NCBI GenBank assembly: GCA_964245475.1
Contig: CAXTNG010000004.1
Location: forward strand, 1 to 36,745
Source of the DNA: an uncultured Sphingomonas sp.
Lineage (GTDB): Bacteria > Pseudomonadota > Alphaproteobacteria > Sphingomonadales > Sphingomonadaceae
Length of the DNA: 36,745 nucleotides
Reading direction: 5' to 3'
Shown here: positions 18,817 through 30,360 of the stretch, piece after piece
Layout of the letters: each line of letters begins with the position of its first letter
Numbering within the stretch: position 1 is the first letter of the stretch
Translations under genes and position numbers: made by a program
The notes under the pieces: generated by a model
The model's input: only the letters and a program-made list of their open reading frames with translations
Databases searched by the model: none
Told to the model about the DNA's origin: nothing

Positions 18817-21024
18817 TCACGCGGTCCGGGACCGCGACCCCGTTTCATAGGAGTAGCCGTAGCCATACGAGTAACCGTAGCCGAAATCGGCGCGGCGCAG
18901 GTCGAACCGGGTGAGCACCGCGCCGTACACCGTGGCGTTGGCGGCGTGGAGCCGTCCGATCGCAACGCGGGCCATGGCCTTCTGGCTGCTGTGCGCTTGG
19001 ACCACGAACAGCACGCCCTCGACCTCTGCCGCGATCATCGGTGCGTCGGCCAGGCCCATCAGCGGCGGCGCGTCGAACACCACATAGTCGAAACTCTCCT
19101 GCATCGCCGCCACCAGCCGCGGGAAACGATCGCTCGACAGGAGCTCGGGCGTGCTGGGCGGGCTGGGCCCGGCAGCGACGAAGAACAGGTTCGGCGTATC
19201 GGTGGTCCGGATCAGCGCGTCGACATTCTCCTCGCCCGCCAGATAGTTGCTCAGCCCCCGATCGTTGTCGGTGTTGAACATCTTGTTGACGGCGGGGCGC
19301 CGCATGTCGGCGTCGATCAGCAACACCCGCTTGTCCGATCGCGCCAGCAGGATCGCGAGGGCGTAGCTGGTGGTTGTTTTCCCCTCCGACGGCCGCGTGC
19401 TGGTGACGGCGATCGTCCGCGGGAAACCGTGGCTGGTCGCGAACGCCAAGGTCATCCGCAACGAATAATAGGCTTCCGACAGGATCGACTTGCGATCCCG
19501 CAGAGCGTCCTCGACGCTGCCATCGGTGTATTGCGGAATGGTGCCGAGCAGGGGTAGCGCCAGTTCGCTCTCCACCTGAGCGGGGTTGGAGAAGCCGGTG
19601 TCGAGCTGCTCCTGCAGCAGCGCCGCGCCGAAGCCTACCACGCCGCCGACGATGATAGCGGCCAGCAATATCATCAAAATCTTGGGAGATGACGGTTGCC
19701 GAGGCAGCTCGGCGCCGTCAACCACCGAAATATTGTTGACCCCGACGCCGCCCGCGACGCCGATCTCCTTGTAGCGTTGCAGCAGCGCGTCGTAGAGTTG
19801 ACGGTTGGTGTCCACGTCACGCTGGTAGATATTGTATTGGATGCTGCGCCGGCGAAAATCCAGCACGCCCGACTTCAGCTGCTGTACCTGGGCGTTAAGC
19901 AGGTTCTCGCGCTGGATGGCCGCGTCGTAGGTGCGCTGCACCGAACTCCGGATCCGCCCTTCCTCCAAGCCGATCGACCGGTCAAGCTGGTCGATCTGCG
20001 CGCGCAATTGCTTGGCCGGGGGATATTCGGGCTCGAACTGGGTCATCAGCTTGGCATATTCGGCGGCGCGCGTCGCGTGCTCCTGACGCAGGTTGCTGAT
20101 CGCCGAGTTCTCCAGCGCCTCGCGTATCTGGCCTCCCGGCGTGCGCAGCCGGCTTTCCGCCTCGATCCGCTCGCCCTTGGCCCGGGCAAGCTCGGTGTTT
20201 AGCGCTTCCAGGTCGCTGTCGACCAGCGGACGCTCCACCATGGTGCCGCCGTTCTGGGCGGTGCTGCCGCCCGGCGCTAGGTTCACGATACCCTGATTGC
20301 TGGCATACTGGACCAGCGCGCGCTCGGACACATTGATACGGTCGCGCAGCTGGGCCAAACGGCTCTCAAGAAAGGTCCGGGCATAGGCAGTGGCGTCGTA
20401 GCGCCGCTCCAGCGTCATTCGGATGTAGCCGCGAACCCACGCGTCCACCACCTGCTTGGACAGCTGGGCGTCGGGGCTGACGAACTGGATGGTGAACAGT
20501 CGCGACTGGCGCTTGGTGCTGACGTTCAGGCGCTTGAGAAGCAGCGCGCCCGCTGCCCGGATGCGCTGGTCGGCCGAGGCGGGCGTGAAGCGGTTGTTCC
20601 GGGTCCATTCGGGCGCGGGACGGCCGAACATGGTGAAGAAGGCCACGTTGTCGTAGAGGCGCAGATCGCGGGCGACGCGCTCGGACAGCGAGCGCGCACG
20701 CAACAGGCCGTATTGGGTCTCGTAGAATTCCTGGTCGACCAGCATCTGCTGCGCCTGTATCCCCTGAGTGGGGACCAGGTTGTCATTCTCCCGCTTCACT
20801 TCGATCACCGCCTCCGCCGAATAGAGGCGGGTGGTGAGCAGCCCATAGGTGAGGCCAAGCAATGCGAAGATGCCCATCGCGATCAGCAGGGTCAGCCAGC
20901 GCCGACGAAGCAGCGACAGCATCTGCACCACGATGGACGCCTTGTGGGCATCCGCCTCTGTGCCCGCACCGGCGAACAACGGGCGCATCGCCACGTCGCC
21001 CTGCGGCTTGTCATACATCTGCAT
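18817..21024 (-). CDS. wzc: Wzc/GumC polysaccharide co-polymerase with tyrosine autokinase
   Basis: Two TM segments flanking a coiled coil, Walker A STRPSEGKTT, IDADMRRP, DAPP, and a C-terminal Tyr cluster GYGYSYGYGYSY. Confidence 0.95.
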   Translation of the reverse strand: MQMYDKPQGDVAMRPLFAGAGTEADAHKASIVVQMLSLLRRRWLTLLIAMGIFALLGLTYGLLTTRLYSAEAVIEVKRENDNLVPTQGIQAQQMLVDQEFYETQYGLLRARSLSERVARDLRLYDNVAFFTMFGRPAPEWTRNNRFTPASADQRIRAAGALLLKRLNVSTKRQSRLFTIQFVSPDAQLSKQVVDAWVRGYIRMTLERRYDATAYARTFLESRLAQLRDRINVSERALVQYASNQGIVNLAPGGSTAQNGGTMVERPLVDSDLEALNTELARAKGERIEAESRLRTPGGQIREALENSAISNLRQEHATRAAEYAKLMTQFEPEYPPAKQLRAQIDQLDRSIGLEEGRIRSSVQRTYDAAIQRENLLNAQVQQLKSGVLDFRRRSIQYNIYQRDVDTNRQLYDALLQRYKEIGVAGGVGVNNISVVDGAELPRQPSSPKILMILLAAIIVGGVVGFGAALLQEQLDTGFSNPAQVESELALPLLGTIPQYTDGSVEDALRDRKSILSEAYYSLRMTLAFATSHGFPRTIAVTSTRPSEGKTTTSYALAILLARSDKRVLLIDADMRRPAVNKMFNTDNDRGLSNYLAGEENVDALIRTTDTPNLFFVAAGPSPPSTPELLSSDRFPRLVAAMQESFDYVVFDAPPLMGLADAPMIAAEVEGVLFVVQAHSSQKAMARVAIGRLHAANATVYGAVLTRFDLRRADFGYGYSYGYGYSYETGSRSRTA

Positions 21025-21035
21025 GGCAGTTCCGA

Positions 21036-21731
21036 TTATTGGACAAGGGCGACGAGCGGCGCCACCAAGATGCCGGAGCTTTGCAGGAAGGCGCGGAATG
21101 TCCGCGCACCGCGATCCTCGCTGACCAGCACGAAGTCGTTCGCGAACACCTCGGGATCAGGGTACAGGCCCTGGCGAATGCCGCGAACGTCGTACAGCGC
21201 GACCATCTGCTTGTCTTCCACCTGCCGGTACACGAGCACGTAGCTCATGTTGGCGAACTCGGTCCCGCCCGAAGCCTGAGCAATGGCACGCATCAGCGTC
21301 AAACGCCCCGTCACCGGGTAAGGACCGGGTTTGTCTACCTCGCCATCCACGGTGATCGTCTGGTTGACCGTGTCGACATTGACCGTGACCTGCGGGTCAC
21401 GGACGAAGCGTCCGCGCAGGCTGGCGGCCAAAACACTGCTCAATTCCGGCGGTGACTTGCCGGCCGCCTGGATGGTGCCGACCAGCGGGAGCGACAGCGT
21501 GCCATCGGCGTCGATCTGCAGCGTGCGCGACAGCTCGGGAACGCCATAGACGTCGATGGTAACCTTATCGAGCGGCCCGATCAGGTAGGATCGTCGCTGC
21601 AGGATGAGATCCTGCCGCGTCGGCGGCGGCAGGTCGCCTGCCGTCAGCTGCACGCCGGGACGGCCGACGAATTTCGGTGTCGAGCAACCGACAACCAACG
21701 CAAGCGGCAGCATCAACGCAACAAATCTCAT
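21036..21731 (-). CDS. wza: Wza polysaccharide export lipoprotein
   Basis: Lipobox LVVGC after ATG 21731, YLIGPLD.VTIDVYG, DGTLSLPLVG.I.AAG, V.GEVDKPG.YP, SLBB motif TLMRAIAQASG. Confidence 0.92.
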   Translation of the reverse strand: MRFVALMLPLALVVGCSTPKFVGRPGVQLTAGDLPPPTRQDLILQRRSYLIGPLDKVTIDVYGVPELSRTLQIDADGTLSLPLVGTIQAAGKSPPELSSVLAASLRGRFVRDPQVTVNVDTVNQTITVDGEVDKPGPYPVTGRLTLMRAIAQASGGTEFANMSYVLVYRQVEDKQMVALYDVRGIRQGLYPDPEVFANDFVLVSEDRGARTFRAFLQSSGILVAPLVALVQ

Positions 21732-21820
21732 GGAAGCGCACAGACTCCTAACCCGGTGGCTTTCCCTAGCCGCCGACCGCCGCAAAGGCAATTCGGCTAC
21801 TCCTCGGCGGGGTCCCGTGG

Positions 21821-21851
21821 TTGACAGCGCGCCGATACTCCGCGCTAACAT
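21821..21851 (+). promoter_or_regulatory. Candidate sigma70 promoter for the beta-helix gene, possibly leaderless
   Basis: TTGACA at 21821-21826 and TAACAT at 21846-21851 (19-nt spacer, long). The ATG at 21858 lies 7 nt after the -10 with no Shine-Dalgarno. Confidence 0.3.
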
Positions 21852-21857
21852 AACAGC

Positions 21858-23603
21858 ATGTTGCTGCGCCGCGAGGTGCTCGTCGGAGGCGTTCTGGCAG
21901 GCCTAACCGGGCTGGCGAGACCGGATGAAGCCGCCGGGCTGCCGTCTCTGCTCGATGCCTTGCCGGCGACCGTCCAGGCCGCAGTACGGGCCGGAACCTA
22001 TGCCGGCGACCTGACGCTGGCCCTGCGCGAGGTGATCGAGACGGGAGCGGACTTCGCCGTACCCCCCGGCATTTATCCGTTCGGCGGTGACATGCTCGAG
22101 TTGCGTCGGGCCGGCCAGGTGATCCGCGGGACGGGCGGCATCTTCCGGCGACGCCCCGGGCAGGACGGCGTCGGGATGTTGGTGTCGGCTTCCGGGGTGG
22201 CGCTGCACGGCCTGCGCTTCGAAGGCGGCGCACCAGCGCGTCAGCCCAGCCATCGCAACGACATGCTAGTGGTGACGGGGAACGATTGTCGCCTCGTCCA
22301 GCTGTCGGTGGCGGGCAGTCAGGGCAGCAATCTTCGCATCCAGTCGGCGCGACGCGTCCGGGTGGAGCGACCCGTCCTGACCGACGCCTATCAGAACAAC
22401 CTCATCATCTGCGACGGCGGCACCGACGAGGTCACGGTCGAGGAGCCGGTCTGTCGGCGAACGGCGACCCAGAACAACATCTTCGTGACGGCGAGCCAGG
22501 CCAGCACCGACAACGGCCAGACGATCAGCCGCGTCCGGATCCTCAGCCCCTCCTGCTGGGACGCCGCGGACACCGCAATCGAGCTCGGCTATCATTGCAT
22601 GGACTGCGAGGTGACGGGGGGCGAGGCGGGGCGGAGCCGGAATCCGGCGTTGCTCCAGCGGGACGGCCGGCGAAACACATGGCGCGACATCAGGGTTGTG
22701 CCTCTTCCACTCGCCGCTCAGCATTCCGCCGCGGATGCGGTCGCGGCCGTGCCGCAATGGGAAGGCGACCGGTGGGACAGCCAATCGGAATTCCGGCGGG
22801 TCCGGGTCCTCGGTCAGGTCGCGCGCAGCGCCTTTTTTTGGGGACAGAGCGGGTTTCGCCGGGTTGACTGCGACGCGCTGGCCTTCGGGGAAGGACAGAG
22901 TGGCCGTGCCACGTCACTGGTCGGCAGGGGCGACGCCAAGTCGGGCGATGTCGAGGGCATCGTGGTGACGGGCGGCCGGATCGATGGTTTCACGATCGGC
23001 GACGATTGGAATTTCGATGGCCGCGCCCGCGTGCGTCGCAATTGCCGTACGACCAACGTGCAGATGACCCGGTGCCAGCGCCTGTTCAACCTGTGGAACG
23101 TGCAACCTGTGCGGTGCGCCATCACGCGCAACGCCGGCAAAGGCAACGGCGACGTGGAACTGGAACTTCAGCTTGCGCGGCTGCGCCCGGACGCCGGCGA
23201 ACCCGACACGGGGCTTGTCTATCACGACAACGCGTTCAACGCCGGCGAACGCCCGCTGGCGGTCAATCTCCCTCAGGGGGAAAATTCACCGGCCAGTGTG
23301 CTGCTTGCCGCGAACAGCCGCTTCGTTTCGCTGGGTGGACAAATCCTGCTGTCCACCAAGCCGCGGCCTGGCCGCTACACGATTTTTCTGGCGACCGGCC
23401 CCTGGTCGTTCGACGTGTCAAGCGTGGGGCATCGGTTGACCTCGATGGGTCAATCGGGAAATAGCGCGGTAAACAATCAAGGGGTTACCGCTGAGCTTCG
23501 GAACGGCCGTCTCTTTCTCGTCTGCACTGCCCCGACCGGGCGTCCGACCTGGGTAAAGGTATCGGGGCCGGGCTTGGCCGCCGCTCCCCAACCGACGAGC
23601 TAG
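21858..23603 (+). CDS. Exported right-handed beta-helix protein (pectate-lyase/tailspike-like fold), putative glycan-modifying enzyme
   Basis: Tat-like signal MLLRREVLVGG..EAA, VPPGIY motif, and repeated short beta-strands with Asn ladders (GSNLRI, QNNLII, QNNIFV). Confidence 0.6.
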   Translation: MLLRREVLVGGVLAGLTGLARPDEAAGLPSLLDALPATVQAAVRAGTYAGDLTLALREVIETGADFAVPPGIYPFGGDMLELRRAGQVIRGTGGIFRRRPGQDGVGMLVSASGVALHGLRFEGGAPARQPSHRNDMLVVTGNDCRLVQLSVAGSQGSNLRIQSARRVRVERPVLTDAYQNNLIICDGGTDEVTVEEPVCRRTATQNNIFVTASQASTDNGQTISRVRILSPSCWDAADTAIELGYHCMDCEVTGGEAGRSRNPALLQRDGRRNTWRDIRVVPLPLAAQHSAADAVAAVPQWEGDRWDSQSEFRRVRVLGQVARSAFFWGQSGFRRVDCDALAFGEGQSGRATSLVGRGDAKSGDVEGIVVTGGRIDGFTIGDDWNFDGRARVRRNCRTTNVQMTRCQRLFNLWNVQPVRCAITRNAGKGNGDVELELQLARLRPDAGEPDTGLVYHDNAFNAGERPLAVNLPQGENSPASVLLAANSRFVSLGGQILLSTKPRPGRYTIFLATGPWSFDVSSVGHRLTSMGQSGNSAVNNQGVTAELRNGRLFLVCTAPTGRPTWVKVSGPGLAAAPQPTS

Positions 23604-23643
23604 GATCGCCGACATCGCTGATCGATCGGCTGTCGGAACAATT

Positions 23644-25080
23644 ATGGCATTTTCTTCCCGCTCCTCTCGGCGTTCCAGGCCTCGGCCATTCCGCTCTGGC
23701 AGGCTGGCCGGCGGTTTCGCCGTAACCGCGGCACGTGTCCGTCTGGCTTTCTTCTTCGTCCTGCTTGCAGCATGCGCGCTGGGCGGGGGGGTCCACCGGT
23801 GGGACGCGCTGTCGATGCTCTATGTGCGGCCGATCGCCGTCCTGACGGTGGGCGGGCTGCTGCTGACTCCCGGGCCGTGGCGCGTGGAAGGGCTTCGGTC
23901 TCCCATGATCTTGCTGGCGCTGTTTGCTTTAACCATCGCCATTCAGCTCGTGCCGCTCCCCCCCGCGGCGTGGATGGCACTGCCCGGCCACGCGCCCTAT
24001 CGGGATGCTGCGATCGCCGCCGGGACGGCCCAGCCCTGGCGTCCGATCAGCCTGGTGCCAGACCGCACCATTGCCAGCCTGCTCAGCCTCCTGCCCGCGG
24101 CCGGGAGCCTGCTCGTCCTGGCGGGCGTGCCGCGGCGATACTGGCCGCGACTGGTGGAGGCCGTGCTGGCGGTGGTGGTCCTCAGCGCGCTGTTCGGGAT
24201 TGTTCAGATCGCGACGGGCGCACTCTACACTTATTACCCCACCAGCCTGGGCCTGCCGGTCGGATTGTTTGCGAACCGCAATCACCAAGCCGTGCTGCTC
24301 GACATGGGCGTGGTGCTGCTGGCGTGGTGGGCCACCCGGCCTGTCGAGACAAAGGCCGCTGCTAATTGGCGCCGGGCCATCGCCCTCGCGATTGTGGTGA
24401 TCCTGGTCACGCTGGTGCTGTTGACCGGTTCGCGGACGGGGCTGCTGCTGCTTGTCGTTGCACTGGTACCGGCGCTGTTGGTGACGCTGGCGGAGATCAG
24501 GGCGCGTGGCATCGACCGGCGGTGGACCATTCCCGCGCTCATCGCCCCGGCGGCGATGCTGGTGGTGGGAGCGCTCACGGCACAGCAGTCGGGCTATGCG
24601 CGGCTCAGCGCCGGGGTCGGGCAGCTCGGCGAGGACATGCGGGCGCTGGCGTTGCCGACGGTGATGGAGATGATCCGCACCTACCTGCCTTGGGGCTGCG
24701 GCTTTGGTACGTTCGACCGCGCCTTCTACCAGTTCGAGCCGGATGCGCTGCTCAAGCGCAGCACGTTCAACAACGCGCATAGCGACCCGCTGGAACTGCT
24801 TCTAACGGGGGGTATACCAGCCGCGCTGGTCGCGGCCGTGTTTCTCCTGTGGCTGGGCGGGACCGGGTGGCGCGCCTGGCGCGAGCGAGCGCGTGAAGGG
24901 CGGCGGCGACGATACTCAATGCTCGCTATTATCCTGCTGCTCGCGGCGAGCATCGTCGACTATCCTTTGCGTACCCCACTGCTGACGACGATCTTCGCGC
25001 TTCTGTGCGGTCTCGTCACCGGCGGAAGACCCGGATCAGAAGGCGTCGGTGAGCCCGCGGACGAAGCCGTGCCGCGCTGA
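23644..25080 (+). CDS. O-antigen ligase family (Wzy_C) membrane protein
   Basis: GLFANRNHQA, LTGSRTG, PWGCGFGTF, NAHSDPLELL..GG, SIVDYPLRTP, and multiple TM segments. Confidence 0.88.
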   Translation: MAFSSRSSRRSRPRPFRSGRLAGGFAVTAARVRLAFFFVLLAACALGGGVHRWDALSMLYVRPIAVLTVGGLLLTPGPWRVEGLRSPMILLALFALTIAIQLVPLPPAAWMALPGHAPYRDAAIAAGTAQPWRPISLVPDRTIASLLSLLPAAGSLLVLAGVPRRYWPRLVEAVLAVVVLSALFGIVQIATGALYTYYPTSLGLPVGLFANRNHQAVLLDMGVVLLAWWATRPVETKAAANWRRAIALAIVVILVTLVLLTGSRTGLLLLVVALVPALLVTLAEIRARGIDRRWTIPALIAPAAMLVVGALTAQQSGYARLSAGVGQLGEDMRALALPTVMEMIRTYLPWGCGFGTFDRAFYQFEPDALLKRSTFNNAHSDPLELLLTGGIPAALVAAVFLLWLGGTGWRAWRERAREGRRRRYSMLAIILLLAASIVDYPLRTPLLTTIFALLCGLVTGGRPGSEGVGEPADEAVPR

Positions 25081-26207
<1,127 letters not shown>

Positions 26208-26208
<1 letters not shown>

Positions 26209-27056
26209 TGCGTGTGGCGCTGACGGGGGCGAACGGCTTCACCGGCCGGTACGTGTCCGTCGCGCTGGAGCAGGCGGGGGCCGAATGGGTCGCCCTGGAT
26301 GCCGACCTGACCGACGCGGACGCGACCCGGCGGGCGGTGGAAGAGGCGGCGTTCGACCGGGTGATCCACCTCGCCGGCGCGGCTTTCGCGGGGAGCGCCG
26401 ACTGGCGCGCCTTTTACGCGGTCAACCAGCTGGGTACCTTCAACCTGCTCGATGCCGTCGCTGGCAAGGTCCCGGGTGCGCGTTGTCTCCTCGCCTCGAG
26501 CGCGCAGGTCTACGGCCCGGGCGCGGAGGGTCTGATCGCGGAGGACGCGCCGCTCCGCCCCGCCAACCACTACGCGGTCAGCAAATGGGCGATGGAGACG
26601 GGTGCCGCCTTGTGGCGGGACAGACTCGACCTCGTCGTCGCGCGACCGTTCAATTACACCGGCGTCGGCCAGGCGACCGACTATCTCATACCCAAGATCG
26701 TTGATCATTTCCGCCGGCGGGCACTGGCGATCGAGCTCGGCAACACTTGGGTGCGGCGCGATTTCGGCGACGTGCGCGCGGTTGCCGACGCCTATGCGGG
26801 GCTGGCGCTCTCCAAGGCGCCGCCGCCGATCGTCAACCTGTGCACGGGTGCGGTGTCGTCGATCGACGACATCCTGGCGATCCTGGTCGAGCTCACCGGC
26901 CACGCGCCGGAGGTCCGGGTCAACCCGGCCTTCGTGCGCCAGAACGACGTATCCGTGCTGGGCGGCGATCCGACGCGGCTCCATGCCGCACTGCCCGGCT
27001 GGCGCCCGCGCGCGCTGGCGAACACGCTGGGGTGGATGGTCGAGCATCAGGCGTGA
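26208..27056 (+). CDS. rmd: GDP-4-keto-6-deoxy-D-mannose reductase (Rmd-like SDR)
   Basis: TGANGFTG, NHYAVSK, RPFNYTGVGQ..YLIPKIV, LGN..V.RDFGDVR. Its start overlaps the gmd stop. The product could be D-rhamnose or 6-deoxy-D-talose. Confidence 0.75.
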
Positions 27057-27188
27057 CGCGCGGCCCTACTATGTCTGATAATGTCCTTTATCACACGCCT
27101 ACACTGAACCTTTCAGCAGATCCGACGGCTCGCTACGGCAAAGCCCGATGCGTACAGGCCGAGGCTCCAGCCCGGGAGCAGCCTTTCG

Positions 27189-28394
27189 ATGAAGATCGTC
27201 TTTTCGGCCAGCGGCTACCCGCCGTCGCGCGGCGGGGCAGAAAGTCTTTGCCGTCATTATGCCGAAGGCCTGGCGGCACGCGGGCACCAGGTCGAGGTGA
27301 TCGCACCCGACCTGTTCTTCAGCGACGATTTCTATTCGCTCAAAGGGCGCCCGGTGTCGGAAGGGGTGGACCAGCCGTCGCGCGTGCCGGTCCATCGCAT
27401 CTCCTATGTCGGCGCCGCCGAGCGTGCCGGGGCGGAGCGGCTGCTCGGGGTACTCCCGGGGGACACGCTCAAGGCCCTTGCTACGCGTGCCCTGGTCTGG
27501 CCGGTCACCCGGCGCTTCCACCATCGTCTGCACAGGGCGCTGGTCCGCAGCCGCCCTGACGTCGTCGTCGCGCTGGTCCATCTCCATCCCAATGTCCGTG
27601 CAAGCCTCGTCACGGCGCGGCGACTGGGCACGACGGCCGTCGTCATGCCGCTGCTACACGAGGAGGACCCGCATTGGCCGGCCGCCGGTGTCAGGGAGTG
27701 CGTCGCGCTTGCCGATGCGGTGCTCGCGCTGACCGATGGCGAGGCAGAAGCCCTGGTGCGCAACTACGGTGCCGCGCCCGATCGGGTCTTCGTCGTCGGC
27801 GTCGGCGTCGATCCTGCGCGCGCGCTGCCGCCCGCCGCCCCGGCCGACCCAACGATCCTGTTCCTTGGCCGCAAGACGGCTGGCAAGGGGCTCCCGCTGC
27901 TCGCGGACGCGCTCGCGGTCCTGCTCGGGCGCGGGGTTCCGTTCCGGGCGGCGCTGGTGGGAGCGCGAGCGGACGACACCGCGGCGATGGAGGAACGGTA
28001 TCGCGCGCTCCTCGGGGATCGTCTTGTCAGCGTGACCGATGCCTCGGACGAGGAGAAGGAGCGGTGGCTGGGCGATTGCACCTGTCTCGTCCTGCCGTCC
28101 GACCGGGAATCGTTCGGTATCGTCCTGCTCGAAGCCTGGTCGCACGCCAAGCCTGTGGTGACGATCGATTATCCGGTCGCGCGCGAGATCGTCGCGGACG
28201 GCATCGACGGGCTGCTGGTACGCAAGGACGATCCGGTGGCGCTCGCCGACGCGCTCGAGCGCCTGCTTCGGTCGGTAGGACTTGCCGGCGCGATGGGGGC
28301 GGCGGGGCGCGACAAGGTGGAACGGCGCTACCGCTGGGCGTCGCGCATCGACGCGCTGGAGCGCGCCTGCTCCATCCAGCGGAAGCCCGGCTAG
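27189..28394 (+). CDS. Glycosyltransferase family 4
   Basis: YPPSRGGAE, LFLGRK..GKG, LPSDRESFGIVLLEAW (EX7E), DGIDGLLV. Confidence 0.9.
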   Translation: MKIVFSASGYPPSRGGAESLCRHYAEGLAARGHQVEVIAPDLFFSDDFYSLKGRPVSEGVDQPSRVPVHRISYVGAAERAGAERLLGVLPGDTLKALATRALVWPVTRRFHHRLHRALVRSRPDVVVALVHLHPNVRASLVTARRLGTTAVVMPLLHEEDPHWPAAGVRECVALADAVLALTDGEAEALVRNYGAAPDRVFVVGVGVDPARALPPAAPADPTILFLGRKTAGKGLPLLADALAVLLGRGVPFRAALVGARADDTAAMEERYRALLGDRLVSVTDASDEEKERWLGDCTCLVLPSDRESFGIVLLEAWSHAKPVVTIDYPVAREIVADGIDGLLVRKDDPVALADALERLLRSVGLAGAMGAAGRDKVERRYRWASRIDALERACSIQRKPG

Positions 28395-28666
28395 AGCGTG
28401 TTCCATTAACGGGGAAGGCATCACTGAGCCCTATCCTGCCGATGCCGAAGCCCAGTTCCAGCACGACGCCCTGCCGGAGGCCGAGATGATGACCATAATG
28501 ATGTGAGCGCAGCTAATCACCTGGCAGGTCACGTCCGTCAACGTGATGTAATTTCGGGTGTGGTCCCGCGCTATGGCCTTGCTAAGGGGCGTGCGCCAAC
28601 GGCCACAGTGACACCTCGTCCTTGTCCGACGGCCAATTCTCAAAGCGCCAAAGGAAATTGGGCCCG

Positions 28667-29967
28667 ATGCGCATTACAATGATCGGGTCGGGTTATGTCG
28701 GTTTGGTGTCCGGCGCGTGCTTTGCCGATTTCGGGCATGACGTCTGCTCCGTCGATAAAGACCAGGGCAAGATCGACCTGCTGCTGAACGGCGTAATGCC
28801 GATCTACGAGCCGGGCCTGGACGATTTGGTGGATCGCAACGTCAAGGCGGGGAGGCTGCGCTTCACGACCGACCTCGCGAAAGGCGTGGCGGATGCGGAT
28901 GCGGTGTTCATTTGCGTCGGCACGCCGGCGCGACGCGGGGACGGAACGCCGACCTCTCCTATGTCTATGCCGCCGCGGAGGAGATCAGTCGTGCGATCAC
29001 GGGGTTTACGGTGGTGGTCGACAAGTCGACCGTCCCCGTCGGCACCGGCGACGAGGTCGAGCGGATCATCCGTGCAGCGAACCCGCAGGCCGATTTCGCC
29101 GTCGCCTCCAACCCCGAATTCCTGCGCGAGGGCGCGGCGATCGACGACTTCAAGCGGCCGGATCGCATCGTGATCGGCACGGACGATCCGCGTGCGCTCG
29201 ATGTCATGCGCCAGATCTACCGCCCGCTCTATCTCAACAAGTCGCCGGTGGTGGCGATGAGCCGGCGCGCAGCCGAGCTCACCAAATATGCGGGCAACGC
29301 CTTTCTCGCGACCAAGATCACCTTCATCAACGAGATCGCCGACCTGTGCGAGAAGGTGGGCGCGGACGTGCACGATGTGGCGCGGGGCATCGGCCTGGAC
29401 GGGCGGATCGGCGACAAGTTCCTTCATCCTGGCCCCGGTTATGGCGGCTCCTGCTTTCCCAAGGACACGCTGGCGCTGTTGAAGACCGCTCAGGACCATG
29501 AGGCGCCGCAGCGGATCGTAGAGGCGGTGGTAGCGGTCAACGACCAGCGCAAGCGGGCGATGGGCCGCAAGGTGATCCAGGCCATGGGTGGCGATGTGCG
29601 CGGCAAGACGGTCGCCATCTTGGGTCTCGCGTTCAAGCAGAACACCGATGACATGCGCGACAGTCCGGCGATCGCGATCGTGCAGGCGCTGGTCGACGCA
29701 GGTGCTGCCGTGAAGGCCTACGATCCCGAGGCAATGGAGCAGGCCAGGCCGCTCTTGCCGCCGATCACCTACGCACAGGGCGCATATCAGGCGATGGAGG
29801 GCGCCGACGCGCTGGTCGTGGTGACGCCGTGGGACGCGTTCCGAGCGCTCGACCTCAAACGCGCCCGCGCGCTGCTGAGCAGCCCGGTGCTGGTCGACCT
29901 GCGTAATATCTACGACCGGCAGGCGGTGGAGGCCGAGGGGTTCAGCTACACCGCCGTAGGACGGTGA
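28667..29967 (+). pseudogene. ugd: UDP-glucose 6-dehydrogenase, frameshifted near 28945
   Basis: [31 protein letters not shown] in one frame, then [33 protein letters not shown] in another. One base is missing; may be a sequencing error. Confidence 0.92.
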
Positions 29968-30120
29968 GCAGTTCCGTGCTCATGGAGCGATAAGGCGCAG
30001 ACTGAATAGCTAATGACGCATCTCTGCTGGCCGGCTGTCACGCCGGCCCGGTACCTCGCCGGAGGCCGGAACGATCACCATGGATGCCATGAACAGGGCT
30101 GGTCGCTGACAAATCGAGCG

Positions 30121-30280
30121 AAGTGTGAGGCACACACCACGCTATGCATAGTGGGCGCGAGCAAATAGGATAGTCTAATAAAGTCAGTTATCTATCAGCG
30201 TAGCAGTAGCGCTACACACATGCGGAAAGCTCATGTCTGCCGCGCCTCTCGCCGCTACGAGCCCGCTACGGCGCTACACC
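30121..30280. promoter_or_regulatory. Candidate origin of transfer (oriT)
   Basis: Non-coding and partly AT-rich, upstream of the RHH and relaxase genes. The minus strand reads GCGTGGTGTGT|GC (30142-30130), resembling F/R100-type nic sites. Palindrome CTATGCATAG at 30142-30151 and six GTAGC/GCTAC motifs at 30200-30277. Confidence 0.55.
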
Positions 30281-30360
30281 GATTGACCGCAGGCGCTGCT
30301 TTCTTATCGTTCGCTTATTGAGCCCGTCCGCAATCAAGGCGGGAAATAGAGGGCGCGATC

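Noticed and set aside
18843-18885. Short tandem repeat (TAGCCG/TAACCG units)
   Set aside because: It simply encodes the Wzc Gly-Tyr phosphorylation cluster.
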